In this document: positions 11,441 to 20,688 of the stretch, one piece after another
Layout: each line of letters opens with the position of its first letter
Position numbering within the stretch: the stretch's first letter is position 1
Assembly (NCBI GenBank): GCA_014896315.1
Contig: JADBKP010000010.1
Span: forward strand, 68,821 to 132,820
Length of the DNA: 64,000 nucleotides
Source of the DNA: Limnochordales bacterium
GTDB taxonomy: Bacteria; Bacillota; Limnochordia; Limnochordales; DUMU01
Direction of reading: 5' to 3'
The notes under the pieces: generated by a model
Database searches by the model: none
What the model was told of the DNA's origin: nothing
Seen by the model: the letters and a program-made list of their open reading frames with translations, nothing else
Translations under genes and position numbers: made by a program

Positions 11441-11500
11441 CTGCGGAGGCGGGTATTATCTATGCGAGGTGCAGGATCAAGAGGCAATGCAAAGCCGAAG

Positions 11501-11884
11501 ATGGATTGGACGAGGCAGGTGTCCAGATTGGCGGTCTTTGCAAACGGGCGTTATAACGGCAGGACGCTCGTCGAATGGGTGCCGGACATCGTCAGCCGGC
11601 TGGTGCAACATTTTGATCCGGAAAAGATCATCTTGTTCGGCTCGGTGGCTAGGGGCGAGGCCGGTCGAGACAGTGATGTCGATCTGCTCGTGGTGTTGCC
11701 CGAGGTGGCCAATAGACGCAGGACGGGCGCCGAGCTACGAATTGCTTGCCAGGACATCCCCGTGCCGATGGACCTCATTCCGGTCGGAAGAGAGGAATTG
11801 GCTGAGCAAGCACTGCTGCCAGGTAGCGTAGTTGGTGCGGCTTTGCGGGAAGGGAAAGCGATATATGAGCGCGAGAATACCTGA
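11501..11884 (+). CDS. minimal nucleotidyltransferase (MNT) antitoxin-like
   Basis: IILFGSVARGEAGRDSDVDLLVV; overlaps the downstream HEPN gene. Confidence 0.9.
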   Translation: MDWTRQVSRLAVFANGRYNGRTLVEWVPDIVSRLVQHFDPEKIILFGSVARGEAGRDSDVDLLVVLPEVANRRRTGAELRIACQDIPVPMDLIPVGREELAEQALLPGSVVGAALREGKAIYERENT

Positions 11885-12269
11885 CCGGAGGCAGTTGGCC
11901 AGAGAATGGCTGAACTACGCGCGGGCGGATCTGTATCTGGCGAACCGGATCGTCGAGGATCCGGAGGCCCTGCCAGCGTTCGGAGGCTTTCACGCCCAGC
12001 AGGCAGCGGAGAAGGCGATCAAAGCATTACTCGTGCTGCTTGGAGTGGAGTTTCCGAAGACACATGATCTCGTTGCCCTTAGTAGCCTTCTTGCAGATGA
12101 TTACCGACCTTCCGTCCGGCTTGACGAACTAGCAGAACTCAGTAGCTGGAGCGTGGAGGCTCGATACCCGGGCGAGTTTGCCGAGGTGACCCGGGAAGAA
12201 GTCCGAAGTGCTTTGGTGATTGCGAAAGCCGTAGTCGATTATGCAAGCACGCTCATAGAGGTACAATAG
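11865..12269 (+). CDS. HEPN domain protein (PF05168-like)
   Basis: FHAQQAAEKAIKALL, KTHDL, RYPG. Confidence 0.9.
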   Translation: MSARIPDRRQLAREWLNYARADLYLANRIVEDPEALPAFGGFHAQQAAEKAIKALLVLLGVEFPKTHDLVALSSLLADDYRPSVRLDELAELSSWSVEARYPGEFAEVTREEVRSALVIAKAVVDYASTLIEVQ

Positions 12270-12337
12270 ACGTTTCCTCCGGGCTGCCGAATGAATAGAA
12301 ATCTGCTTCTGTACTGCTCGGAGGACGAGGGGCAAAG

Positions 12338-12628
12338 ATGAACCTCCAACAGACTGCCGCGGAATCGGTCAATTACCGGCGCGGCAGTCGGCCGGAGCTT
12401 GAGCAGTATGTCGCGCAGGCGACGGCGGGGGCACTCGGTGTTGAGGAACGGGTGAATACCATAGTACGGTTCAGGGCGAAGCTTAGCGAAAGGGCGCCGG
12501 CCGAGCTGGAGGCAATGGTGCTGGGCGGGGCGGAGGAAGAAATCACCGCCCGGGGCTCTGACTGGTGTACCGATTTGGCCCGGGTGACCTGTGCAAGGAA
12601 TAGGTGGCTCCGAGGGAGCAATAGGTAG
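12338..12628 (+). pseudogene. truncated transglutaminase-like ORF
   Basis: GGAEEEITARGSDWCTDLARV resembles the catalytic-Cys region of transglutaminase-like proteins; ORF ends before the His/Asp region. Confidence 0.35.
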
Positions 12629-12709
12629 TCGCCGGAACCCTCCCCGCTACTCCGGCGGCGGGGGTCCGGCAGGATGCAGCGGTTTCTACCACGGTCCGGT
12701 GGCACGGTT

Positions 12710-13495
12710 GTAGTGTGTCATATGGAAAAATGAAGCGGCCACCGGTCCGCCGGCAGCCAAGGGCCGTTCAGAACATCACCGGGCCCTCCTCAATCAGCTG
12801 TTCCTGCCAAGCCAGCGGGGCTGCCGCGAAATCCGGTGGAACTCAAAAGGCTTTCAAGACCGGCTTGAAGGGGTCAAGCTGGTCATCTCCGACGCCCACG
12901 AAGCCCTGAAGCTGGCCATCGCGGAGATCCTGGCCGGGGCGAGCTGGCAGCGTTGTCGGGTGCACTTCACGCGGAACCTCCTGGCCCACGTGCCCAACCA
13001 AGCGCAGGCTATGGTGGCGGCGCTGGTTCGCACTATCTTCGCGCAGCCGGGCGCTGCACTGGCTCGCGAGCAACTTGAGAAGGTGGCCACCAGCCTGCGG
13101 CGGCGCTTTTCGAAGGGGGCAACGCACTTGCGGGAGGCGGCCGACGACGTGTTGACGTACATGGCGTTTCCTCCGGAACACTGGCGGCAGATCTACTCGA
13201 CCAACCCCCTTGAGCGCCTGCTGCGGGAGATTGGGCGGGGACGGACGTGGTCGGCGTCTTTCCCAACGCCGACGCGCCCCTCCGGTTGATTGGGGCGTTT
13301 CTCCCGGAGCAGCAGGAAGAGTGGATGGCGTCCCGGCGCTACTTCAGCCAGGAATCGATGGCAAAGCTTTACGACCGGCAGCATGAAGCTGCAACCGAAA
13401 GCGAGGTGATGCCCCAGCTGCCGGACGTCGTGGCATGATGGGTGCCGGCTAAATGGGAACCCGCTTTTCCACCCCTTGCAGGGACGCCATCCAAA
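12710..13495 (+). mobile_element. IS256-family remnant (C-terminal transposase half, frameshifted)
   Basis: GVKLVISDAH, WQRCRVHFTRN, IYSTNPLERL, frameshift near 13245, then VGVFPN; IS256-like end TTTTCCACCCCTTGCAGGGAC. Confidence 0.85.
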
Positions 13496-13499
13496 GTTT

Positions 13500-13680
13500 G
13501 GGGAGAGGTCCTGGATAACTTCTCGCCCCATCTGCGTCAGGACGTCCAGGAGTGGGCTGCTGCCAATCATCGTGAGCTGCAACGAGCCATCCGTAGGTAC
13601 TTGCACTGGCGTAATGCCGATCCTAAGGAGAGCGCTGAACTAACAGCCCCGCGGACAATCAACCGAGCCATTTGGTAAGC
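13500..13680 (+). pseudogene. IS630-like transposase C-terminal remnant
   Basis: NHRELQRAIRRYLHWRNA resembles IS630 C-termini. Confidence 0.4.
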
Positions 13681-13813
13681 ACTGGCGATGATTAGCCCTG
13701 GATCGCGCACTCTCCTACCTAGTCATGGGTAGAACTCCCTCCCATGTCAACCCGTCTGGGCCTCAATATCCACTGTTCTTGCCAGAAGGGAAACAAGTTT
13801 TCTAATACTTCGG

Positions 13814-15159
13814 TTATGCGCAGGTGGCTTTTACCACCAGCAGACCGAGACGTTTGATGTTGACCGCTGCGGCAGTGAAATAGGCCTGCAGTTTGACTTT
13901 GGCCAAGCCTATGTAGCGCGCCACCCGCAGGCCGTGATACTTGACAAGCTCTGCCTGTTTCCTTTCCACCTTGGCTCGGATGGCGTGGTCTTCCTTCAAA
14001 GCCACCAGGCCACCTCCGGGGTGTGGACTAGGTTGGCATTTGGTTGTCCGTGGGGCAATCAGTACAATCCCTTTTTCCTTCAGCATCTGCCGTAGCTGCG
14101 GATATCCGTAAGCACCATCAGCCACCATATCCGCAGGCTGCTTCTCTTGGGGCGTCCGAGCCAAATGGGGTGGGACAGTTTCACCGTCAGGACGATTCCC
14201 CGGGCAGACATCGATATCCGTGATTAGCTCACTTTCGCTGTCTTCAAAGACGGCAGTCCTGTAGCCTGTCCACTGCATACTGCCTTTCTTCCCCCAGCGA
14301 GCATCCGGATCGTTGGCAGTGGCGATGCGCCCCTTGATCTACTGCCCCTTCCCCTGATCCGAATCAGTATCGTCAGTCTCCGACTTCGGCGGCTCGCTAT
14401 CGTCGCTGGTTTGCTCGTTGAGAATCCGGCGCAAAACCTCGACCGCTTGCTGCAGTTCGGGACCTTGCTCTGCGGGAAGGTTGTCCAGCAGCCGGTAGGC
14501 CTGCTTGACAACCCAGCGGAAGCGGCGTTGACCGCGCTTGCTCTTGATACTTGCCCTTTCCAGATGCAGCCGTTCTCCCAGGTATTCCTCCAATCTTAGT
14601 CGTTGTGCCACTTCGGTAGCGGCTGCGGATCTTGAGCTCTCCAGGCCAGCAGAACTCGACGAATCCCTTGTTGTACCAGACCGACAATCGTAGGCACGGC
14701 AGCTGCGGTCTTCATGTGGGTCGTGTCAGTGAGCTCTTCGTAGCCCTCTTTCAGAAAACCCAGCTCACGAGCCTTCTCAACCAAAGCATCGAAAACCTGT
14801 CTTTCTCGACCCGCCTGCAGCAGGCGCTTGCGGAACAAGCACAGGGTGGTTGCATCGGGAACCGGATCGTCAGGGTTCAGCCCCAGAAAGAACCGAACCC
14901 TCAGATCATAACGGGCGGCAGTTTCCATTTGCCGGTCACTCAGCTTGGCCATAAACTGCCATATCATCATGCGAACCATCACGGTAGCGGGGAATGGTGG
15001 TCGGCCCCGCTGGGAATCTGCATAGAGCGAGGCGAAATCGGCTTCCCGAATCGTTTCTTCCAAAATCTGCCGCCACACCCTCACCGGTTCATCAGCGGGG
15101 ATTACCTGGTCATACACAATCGAGGCAAATGACGACTGGCTTGCACCTATCGGTCTCAC
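13814..15159 (-). mobile_element. IS1182/IS5-like transposase pseudogene
   Basis: GRPPFP...LSDRQME...RFFLGL...VPDATTLCLFR; DPDARWG.K; VADGAYG; frameshift near 14610 and in-frame TAG at 14339-14341. Confidence 0.85.
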
Positions 15160-15345
15160 TGACAACAGCCCTCCGCACATTATCTGCTGGAGAGAATTGG
15201 CTGCTGCCCGGCTCAACTCCTACCGCTTCCATTGAGAACCATGATTTTTCAGCGCTCTCCTAAGGACCCCAGGATCCTCAAAATCCAGAAAAGGGTCAAG
15301 GTAGCGTAGACCTCGGCGGCGAATTATATCGCCGGGGTGAGGTGG

Positions 15346-15459
15346 ATGCACGCCAAGATTGGTCCTTACGAAGGCGAGCGCTTGCAAAGGCTGCTGCGCC
15401 AGGGGAGCAACCCGGTGACCGTTCGTCGTGCCGAAATCCTCCTTGAGTCCGGAGCGTAG
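15346..15459 (+). pseudogene. IS630-like transposase N-terminal remnant
   Basis: GAGGTGG RBS then MHAKIGPYEGERLQRLLRQGSNPVTVRRAEILLESGA*. Confidence 0.4.
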
Positions 15460-15500
15460 GGCGGGGAAAGTGTAAGAAGCGGGGGCAAGCAGGCAAGCGA

Positions 15501-16169
15501 ATGCGGATAGGGGTTATCAGCGATACTCACGTACCGGTGCGAGCTCGGGCGTTGCCCGGCGAAGTGTTCAGGATCTTCGCAGGCGTCGATCTGATTCTAC
15601 ATGCCGGCGATCTAGTCGCTCTTGATGTCCTTGAGGAACTGCAAGCCACTGCCCCCGTTCTCGCCGTCCGTGGCAACGTCGATCACCCCGAGGTGCAGGA
15701 ACGGCTGCCGGCAGCACTTCGGATCGAAGTCGGCCCGAGCGGCGTGGTTAAGGTGGAGAGCAAGGGCATTGCCGGCGGCAGAAGCGGATCGGGCGGCGAG
15801 GGCGGCTTGGGTGGCGGGAGCGGATGGAGGCCGCTACTTATGTCTCCTGGGTCTTCTGGGGCGGAGTCGCATGGTGCTGGTCTTGTACTTCAGCTCATGC
15901 ACTCCGGCCCGAGGATAGTCATCGGCCTGGTGCATGGCCACGAGGGCAAGGGCCAGACCACCGCCGAACGGGCGGCAAGCAACTTCCCCGACGCCAGCGT
16001 CGTGGTTTTCGGCCACACCCATCAGCCCATGAACGAGTGGCACCACGGGCGCCTGTTCTTCAACCCCGGGTCTGCCACGGACCCCCGCCGCGCTCCGTCA
16101 GCCACCGTCGGGATTATCGAAGTATCAGAGACAGTAAGGTCACATCTCATTGGCCTAAAGGGTGAATGA
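15501..16169 (+). CDS. YfcE/MJ0936-family metallophosphoesterase
   Basis: ISDTH, ILHAGD, VRGNVD, HGH, FGHTH, NPGS; Gly-rich insertion. Confidence 0.92.
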   Translation: MRIGVISDTHVPVRARALPGEVFRIFAGVDLILHAGDLVALDVLEELQATAPVLAVRGNVDHPEVQERLPAALRIEVGPSGVVKVESKGIAGGRSGSGGEGGLGGGSGWRPLLMSPGSSGAESHGAGLVLQLMHSGPRIVIGLVHGHEGKGQTTAERAASNFPDASVVVFGHTHQPMNEWHHGRLFFNPGSATDPRRAPSATVGIIEVSETVRSHLIGLKGE

Positions 16170-16344
16170 AAAGCCGGGTAGGTTGACTTTGTGATCGTGA
16201 TCGTGCCCGGTGTGTTTGTGTACGCAAGTTCAATGCCGCCGGCAGAAACGTCTACCGCCCGCATGTGCGGGAACGGTTGCCGGCGGCAGTCCGAATCGAA
16301 GAGGGAGCAAACAGTGTGAACCAGGTTGATGGCCCAGGCCATTG

Positions 16345-18399
16345 TCACATGCTAAGTTCGCGCCGAAGCTCAGCTCCCTTTCGTGCCGGTCGGAGCGGGG
16401 CGGGCGAGCGCGGGGAGGGCAGATACAGAAGGCGCATGCCGTTGAGGATGACGGCAAGCACACTTATCTCGTGTATCAGCATGCCCGAGGCGAGGTGTAC
16501 CCGCCCGAAGAGCACGCCGGCGACCAGGGAGAGCACGACGATGACGGCGAAGGTCAGGTTCTGGCGCACGTTTGTGACGATGGCGCGGGCAAGGCCAATG
16601 GCAAGGGCGATCCTCTCCAGGTTGTCTGTGATCAGGGCGACATCGGCCGCCTCCAGCGCTACGTCAGTGCCGGCGCCGATGGCGATGCTGACGTCGGCAG
16701 CGCTGAGAGCAGGGGCATCGTTGATGCCATCGCCCACCATGGCCACGGTGAAGCCCTGGGCGCTGAGCTCCCTTAGCTTCTTGACCTTGTCCTCGGGCAA
16801 AAGCCCGGCTTCGACACGGTCGATGCCCAGGGCGGCGGCGACGGGTGCGGCCGCGGCGGCGCTGTCCCCGGTCAGCATCACGGTCTGCCGCACACCGACC
16901 CGGCGCAGGAGCGGCACGAGATTTCTGGCGCTCTTCCGGATCCGGTCTGCCAGCGAAATCCATCCGTATATCCGGCCGTCGACGGCGACCAGTGCAACCG
17001 TGCGGCCGCGGGCCGCCTCCTCCTGAACGGAGTTCAGCACGGAAGCGTCGACCGTCAGTCCCATCTCTTCCATGAGACGGGTGTTGCCCACCAGCACCTG
17101 CCGGCCGTCTACAGCGGCGGCGATGCCGCGGCCCGGAAAGACCCGGACCTGCCGGGGCTCAGGGAGGGCTTCCGCCCAAAGTTCGGCGGCGGCCCGTTCC
17201 AGGATGGCGGCGGCGAGGGGGTGTTCTGAGCCTTTCTCGGCCGCGGCGGCCAGGCGCAGGAGTTCGGCCTCGGTGATGGCCACCCCGGCGGCGCCGGGTG
17301 CGGGTTCGTCCAGCACACGCACCCCGACCACCTCGGGCCGGCCCGCGGTGAGCGTCCCCGTCTTGTCGAAGGCGACGGCGTCGACCCTCGCCAGTTTCTC
17401 AAGACGCTGGCCGCCCTTGATGAGCACTCCCTGCCGGGCCGCCCGTCCGATGCCGGCCACCAGCGACACGGGCGCGGCCAGCACCAGCGCTCCCGGGCAG
17501 GCGACGACCAGCAGCGTCAGCGCCAGGTGCGTGTCGCGAGTCATAAAGAAGGTGACCGCAGCCAGGACCATGATGGCGGGGGTGTAATACCTCGCAAACC
17601 GTTCCACCGCCGTCTGAACTGGCGAGCGTGCCTCCTGTGCCTCGCCCACCAGCTGGATGATGCGCCCGAAGGTGGTCTCCTCGCCCACCCGGGTAGCCTC
17701 TACTTCCATCAGTCCGCGAGTAGCCACGCTTCCGGCCATCACAGTGTCGCCTGGTCCTTTGGGCACAGGAAGCGGTTCACCGGTGAGGGCTGCCTCGTTG
17801 ACTTCCGCCTCCCCCCGCAAGACGATCCCGTCTGCCGCCAGCTTGTCGCCGGACTTCACAACGAGGATGTCACCCGGCCGCACCTCCTCGGCACGGATCA
17901 CTGCCTCGCTTCCGTCGGGCCGGCGCACCCGGGCGGTCTGCGGCGACCAGTCAGCCAGGGCGCGGATGGCCGCACGAGTACGTTCGAGCGTTTTCCATTC
18001 GAGGTAGCCGCCCAGGTCGAAGAGGAACGTTACGGCAGCTGCTTCCCAGTACTCGCCGATCGCCACCGCCCCGGCCGCCGCCACGGTCACCAGCACCTCA
18101 ATGCCGGGGGAGCGCAGCCGCAGGCTGGCTATGGCCCGGCGAGCCAGGGCCTGGCCCGAGACCATTGCTGCCCCGACCATGCCGGCGGCGTAGATAAGCT
18201 CGGCAAGGGACGGCGTTGTCCCGGGGCCGGAATCGTGGCCGCTAAAGGCCGAACCCGGGCCGGCGCCCGCCCGGACCGCCCAGGCCAGGATGATCAGGGC
18301 CGCCGCCGCGCTGACGCGGCGCAGCGGCGGCTCGGACCTCACGAGGTTGATGGCGCGCCAGATGATCTGTCGCAGAGTCTCCGGGACTGCACACACCAT
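16345..18399 (-). CDS. heavy-metal-translocating P1B-type ATPase
   Basis: LTGE, CPGALV (TM6), DKTGTLT, SEHPLA, MLTGD, GDGINDAP, HE in the last TM; no N-terminal metal-binding domain. Confidence 0.95.
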   Translation of the reverse strand: MVCAVPETLRQIIWRAINLVRSEPPLRRVSAAAALIILAWAVRAGAGPGSAFSGHDSGPGTTPSLAELIYAAGMVGAAMVSGQALARRAIASLRLRSPGIEVLVTVAAAGAVAIGEYWEAAAVTFLFDLGGYLEWKTLERTRAAIRALADWSPQTARVRRPDGSEAVIRAEEVRPGDILVVKSGDKLAADGIVLRGEAEVNEAALTGEPLPVPKGPGDTVMAGSVATRGLMEVEATRVGEETTFGRIIQLVGEAQEARSPVQTAVERFARYYTPAIMVLAAVTFFMTRDTHLALTLLVVACPGALVLAAPVSLVAGIGRAARQGVLIKGGQRLEKLARVDAVAFDKTGTLTAGRPEVVGVRVLDEPAPGAAGVAITEAELLRLAAAAEKGSEHPLAAAILERAAAELWAEALPEPRQVRVFPGRGIAAAVDGRQVLVGNTRLMEEMGLTVDASVLNSVQEEAARGRTVALVAVDGRIYGWISLADRIRKSARNLVPLLRRVGVRQTVMLTGDSAAAAAPVAAALGIDRVEAGLLPEDKVKKLRELSAQGFTVAMVGDGINDAPALSAADVSIAIGAGTDVALEAADVALITDNLERIALAIGLARAIVTNVRQNLTFAVIVVLSLVAGVLFGRVHLASGMLIHEISVLAVILNGMRLLYLPSPRSPAPLRPARKGAELRRELSM

Positions 18400-18402
18400 G
18401 GT

Positions 18403-18633
18403 TTACGCCCCCTTCTCCCGCCGCAGCGACCGGGCCGGATACCCAAGGCGCCCGACCGCGTCGGCGATCGCCTGCGAGCTGGTCCTGGTCTCGTCGTACT
18501 CGACCGTCAGCCGGCCGACGGCAAAGGCCAGGCGGGCGGCAGTGACGCCCGGCATGCTGCCCACTGCCCGTTCAATCCGGGTCACGCAGCTTGGGCAGTG
18601 CAGGTTATCGAGTTGAAATACCTCACGAATCAT
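18403..18633 (-). CDS. HMA/CopZ-like metal chaperone
   Basis: LHCPSC motif, about 76 aa ferredoxin-like pattern ending in GY. Confidence 0.9.
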   Translation of the reverse strand: MIREVFQLDNLHCPSCVTRIERAVGSMPGVTAARLAFAVGRLTVEYDETRTSSQAIADAVGRLGYPARSLRREKGA

Positions 18634-18723
18634 CTGGAATACCCCCGTCCACATGGATGTCCGGATTGCGGCGTGTTCCGCCTCACTCCGGCTTCATGAT
18701 CAACTGGGGTCGGGCCGCGAGTT

Positions 18724-18739
18724 TATGACGGGGGTCATA
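18724..18739. promoter_or_regulatory. palindromic Crp/Fnr-type operator
   Basis: tATGAC-GGGG-GTCATa between the regulator stop and the HMA start. Confidence 0.6.
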
Positions 18740-18775
18740 GTTTAGGGAGACAAAGAGACGGTTGGCAGGTAGAGC

Positions 18776-19540
18776 TTATAGACCTTCGGCACGGTCAGCA
18801 AGCCTGTTCACATCAAGCAGGCGGACGCAGCGGCGTCCTTGCAGCCGGATCAGCCCGGCGTCTTCTAGCGAGTGAAGCTTGCGGCTGAGAGTCTCCTGGG
18901 ATGTTCCGAGGAGCTTGGCTATCTCCTCCTGGGTCAGGGGTAACTCGACTACCGTACCCTGCGGCACCGGCGCGGCAACATCACCACGGGCAGCCGCCAG
19001 TTTGAGAAGGAGCGCCGCCACCCGATTTTCCACCGGGTGAACTGCAAGTTGTTCAGCCAGCGTCTCGAGCTCCATGATGCGCAGTGCGAGGGCGCTCAGC
19101 ATCTTGAGACTCGCCTCGGGGCTGCGGTGCAGGAGTTCCCGAACGTGGCTGCGGGCGAGCAGGCAGACCCGGGCGTCCTGGAGCGCAACGCCGGTAGCTG
19201 CCAGCGCCTGAGGGAGGAAGAGGGAGAGCTCGCCGTAGAAGTCGCCCGGACCGAGAAGGCGTACCACCTGTTCCCGACCGGAAGCAGAGATACGGGTCAC
19301 CTTCACCAGGCCACGGGCCACAACGAAGAGCAGGCCCGGGTCCTGCCCGGCCTGGAAGACTACCTCGCCCTTGCTGAACTGCCGTGTTTGAGCTCCGGTG
19401 GCCAGAAACTGCATCTCTTCTTCGGAGAGGCTGGAGAAAATTGGTACCAGGCGAAAGCACCCGGCTTCTGGGTGACAATGCCCCTTTTTTCCTGATTCCG
19501 CATGGGTAGGCTGGTTATCTGCGTGACGATCCTGCTGCAC
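18776..19540 (-). CDS. Crp/Fnr family transcriptional regulator (Flp-like)
   Basis: cNMP-like domain with GELSLF; HTH LTQEEIAKLLGTSQETLSRKL; N-terminal H/C cluster GHCH...C. Confidence 0.93.
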   Translation of the reverse strand: MQQDRHADNQPTHAESGKKGHCHPEAGCFRLVPIFSSLSEEEMQFLATGAQTRQFSKGEVVFQAGQDPGLLFVVARGLVKVTRISASGREQVVRLLGPGDFYGELSLFLPQALAATGVALQDARVCLLARSHVRELLHRSPEASLKMLSALALRIMELETLAEQLAVHPVENRVAALLLKLAAARGDVAAPVPQGTVVELPLTQEEIAKLLGTSQETLSRKLHSLEDAGLIRLQGRRCVRLLDVNRLADRAEGL

Positions 19541-19662
19541 CGTAAATCGCCCCCAAGTGATCCTATCATAGCGTGTCGGGCAACTAAGATAGCCGTGTTA
19601 ACAGTTGGGGGCGGTAGCGCGCCAAGATCTTGGGTTATGATGGGTTATGACGATGGGTTATT

Positions 19663-20166
19663 ATGAGAGTTGACCGAGTCGATTTTGGGGCAGGTGCGTT
19701 ACCAGTGAACGTCGAATCGCGCAGAAGCCCCCCGGCCACGGATCGACCCTCGGAGAGCAAGCCGGCAGCTCCTCCGGCGTCAGACGTCGCTGCCGGCGAA
19801 TGGACACCGTACATCATGGCTTGGAAAGAGAGGGCAGTCCGAGCCCAGGCCAGGCTAGAGCGGTGGCGGGAGAGGGCGCTACTCGATGCCCGCCGCCTGG
19901 CCAACGTGCTGGGCCGTGAGTTCGGTGTAAAGAGGGTTTACCTTTTCGGCTCACTTCTGTCCGGCAGGGTCAATCCTCACTCGGATATTGACCTCGCCGT
20001 GGAGGGATTGTCGCCAGCGGTGTACTATCGGGCCTGGGCCCGCCTCGAACGCGAGACTGACATCCCCGTTGACCTGGTCGACCTGGATCGCGCCGCTCCC
20101 GCGCTGGCCCAGCGGGTGCAAAGAGAGGGGGTTCTGCTGTATGAGCTCAATGAAAAGCAGGGATGA
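19663..20166 (+). CDS. minimal nucleotidyltransferase (MNT), start uncertain
   Basis: VYLFGSLL...SDIDLAVEGL, VDLVDL. Confidence 0.88.
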   Translation: MRVDRVDFGAGALPVNVESRRSPPATDRPSESKPAAPPASDVAAGEWTPYIMAWKERAVRAQARLERWRERALLDARRLANVLGREFGVKRVYLFGSLLSGRVNPHSDIDLAVEGLSPAVYYRAWARLERETDIPVDLVDLDRAAPALAQRVQREGVLLYELNEKQG

Positions 20167-20677
20167 CGATCCCCTACGGCTCCGGTTACTCTCACTACTG
20201 GCAGCTATTGCCGAAGACTGGGAGGCGGCCAAGAAGAACGCAGCTCAGGCCCGTCAGGTGCTCAAAGAATCGGGACCCGCGGAATTACGGGCGGCAGCCG
20301 CTGCTACGTTTCTCGTCCGGTTTTACACCGGGGTTGAACAGGTTTTCCAGCGCATTGCCCAGGAATTTGACGGCGGCTTGCCGGTCGGGGCGGCGTGGCA
20401 TCGGGATCTGCTAATGGCGATGGCCAGGGAGATCCCGACCTCTCGGCCGGCGCTTCTGACAGCGCAGCTGCGCGACATGCTTGATGAGTACCGCAAGTTT
20501 CGCCACCGGGTGATGCACGCGTACGGGGCAGATCTCGACTGGGAGGCCGTGCGACCGTTAGTAGAGCGTGTCGGGGATGTGAGTACGCAGGTTCAGGCAG
20601 CGCTCGACCAGTTTGCGGCTTTTGTCAGGGCGATAGGCGAGCCGGACATTGGAAATGACTTCACGAAAAAGGGTTAG
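20141..20677 (+). CDS. HepT/DUF86-like HEPN ribonuclease toxin
   Basis: FYTGVEQVFQRIA, WHRDLL, RKFRHRVMHAY (R-X4-H). Confidence 0.85.
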   Translation: MSSMKSRDDDPLRLRLLSLLAAIAEDWEAAKKNAAQARQVLKESGPAELRAAAAATFLVRFYTGVEQVFQRIAQEFDGGLPVGAAWHRDLLMAMAREIPTSRPALLTAQLRDMLDEYRKFRHRVMHAYGADLDWEAVRPLVERVGDVSTQVQAALDQFAAFVRAIGEPDIGNDFTKKG

Positions 20678-20688
20678 GGGGGCTCCTG

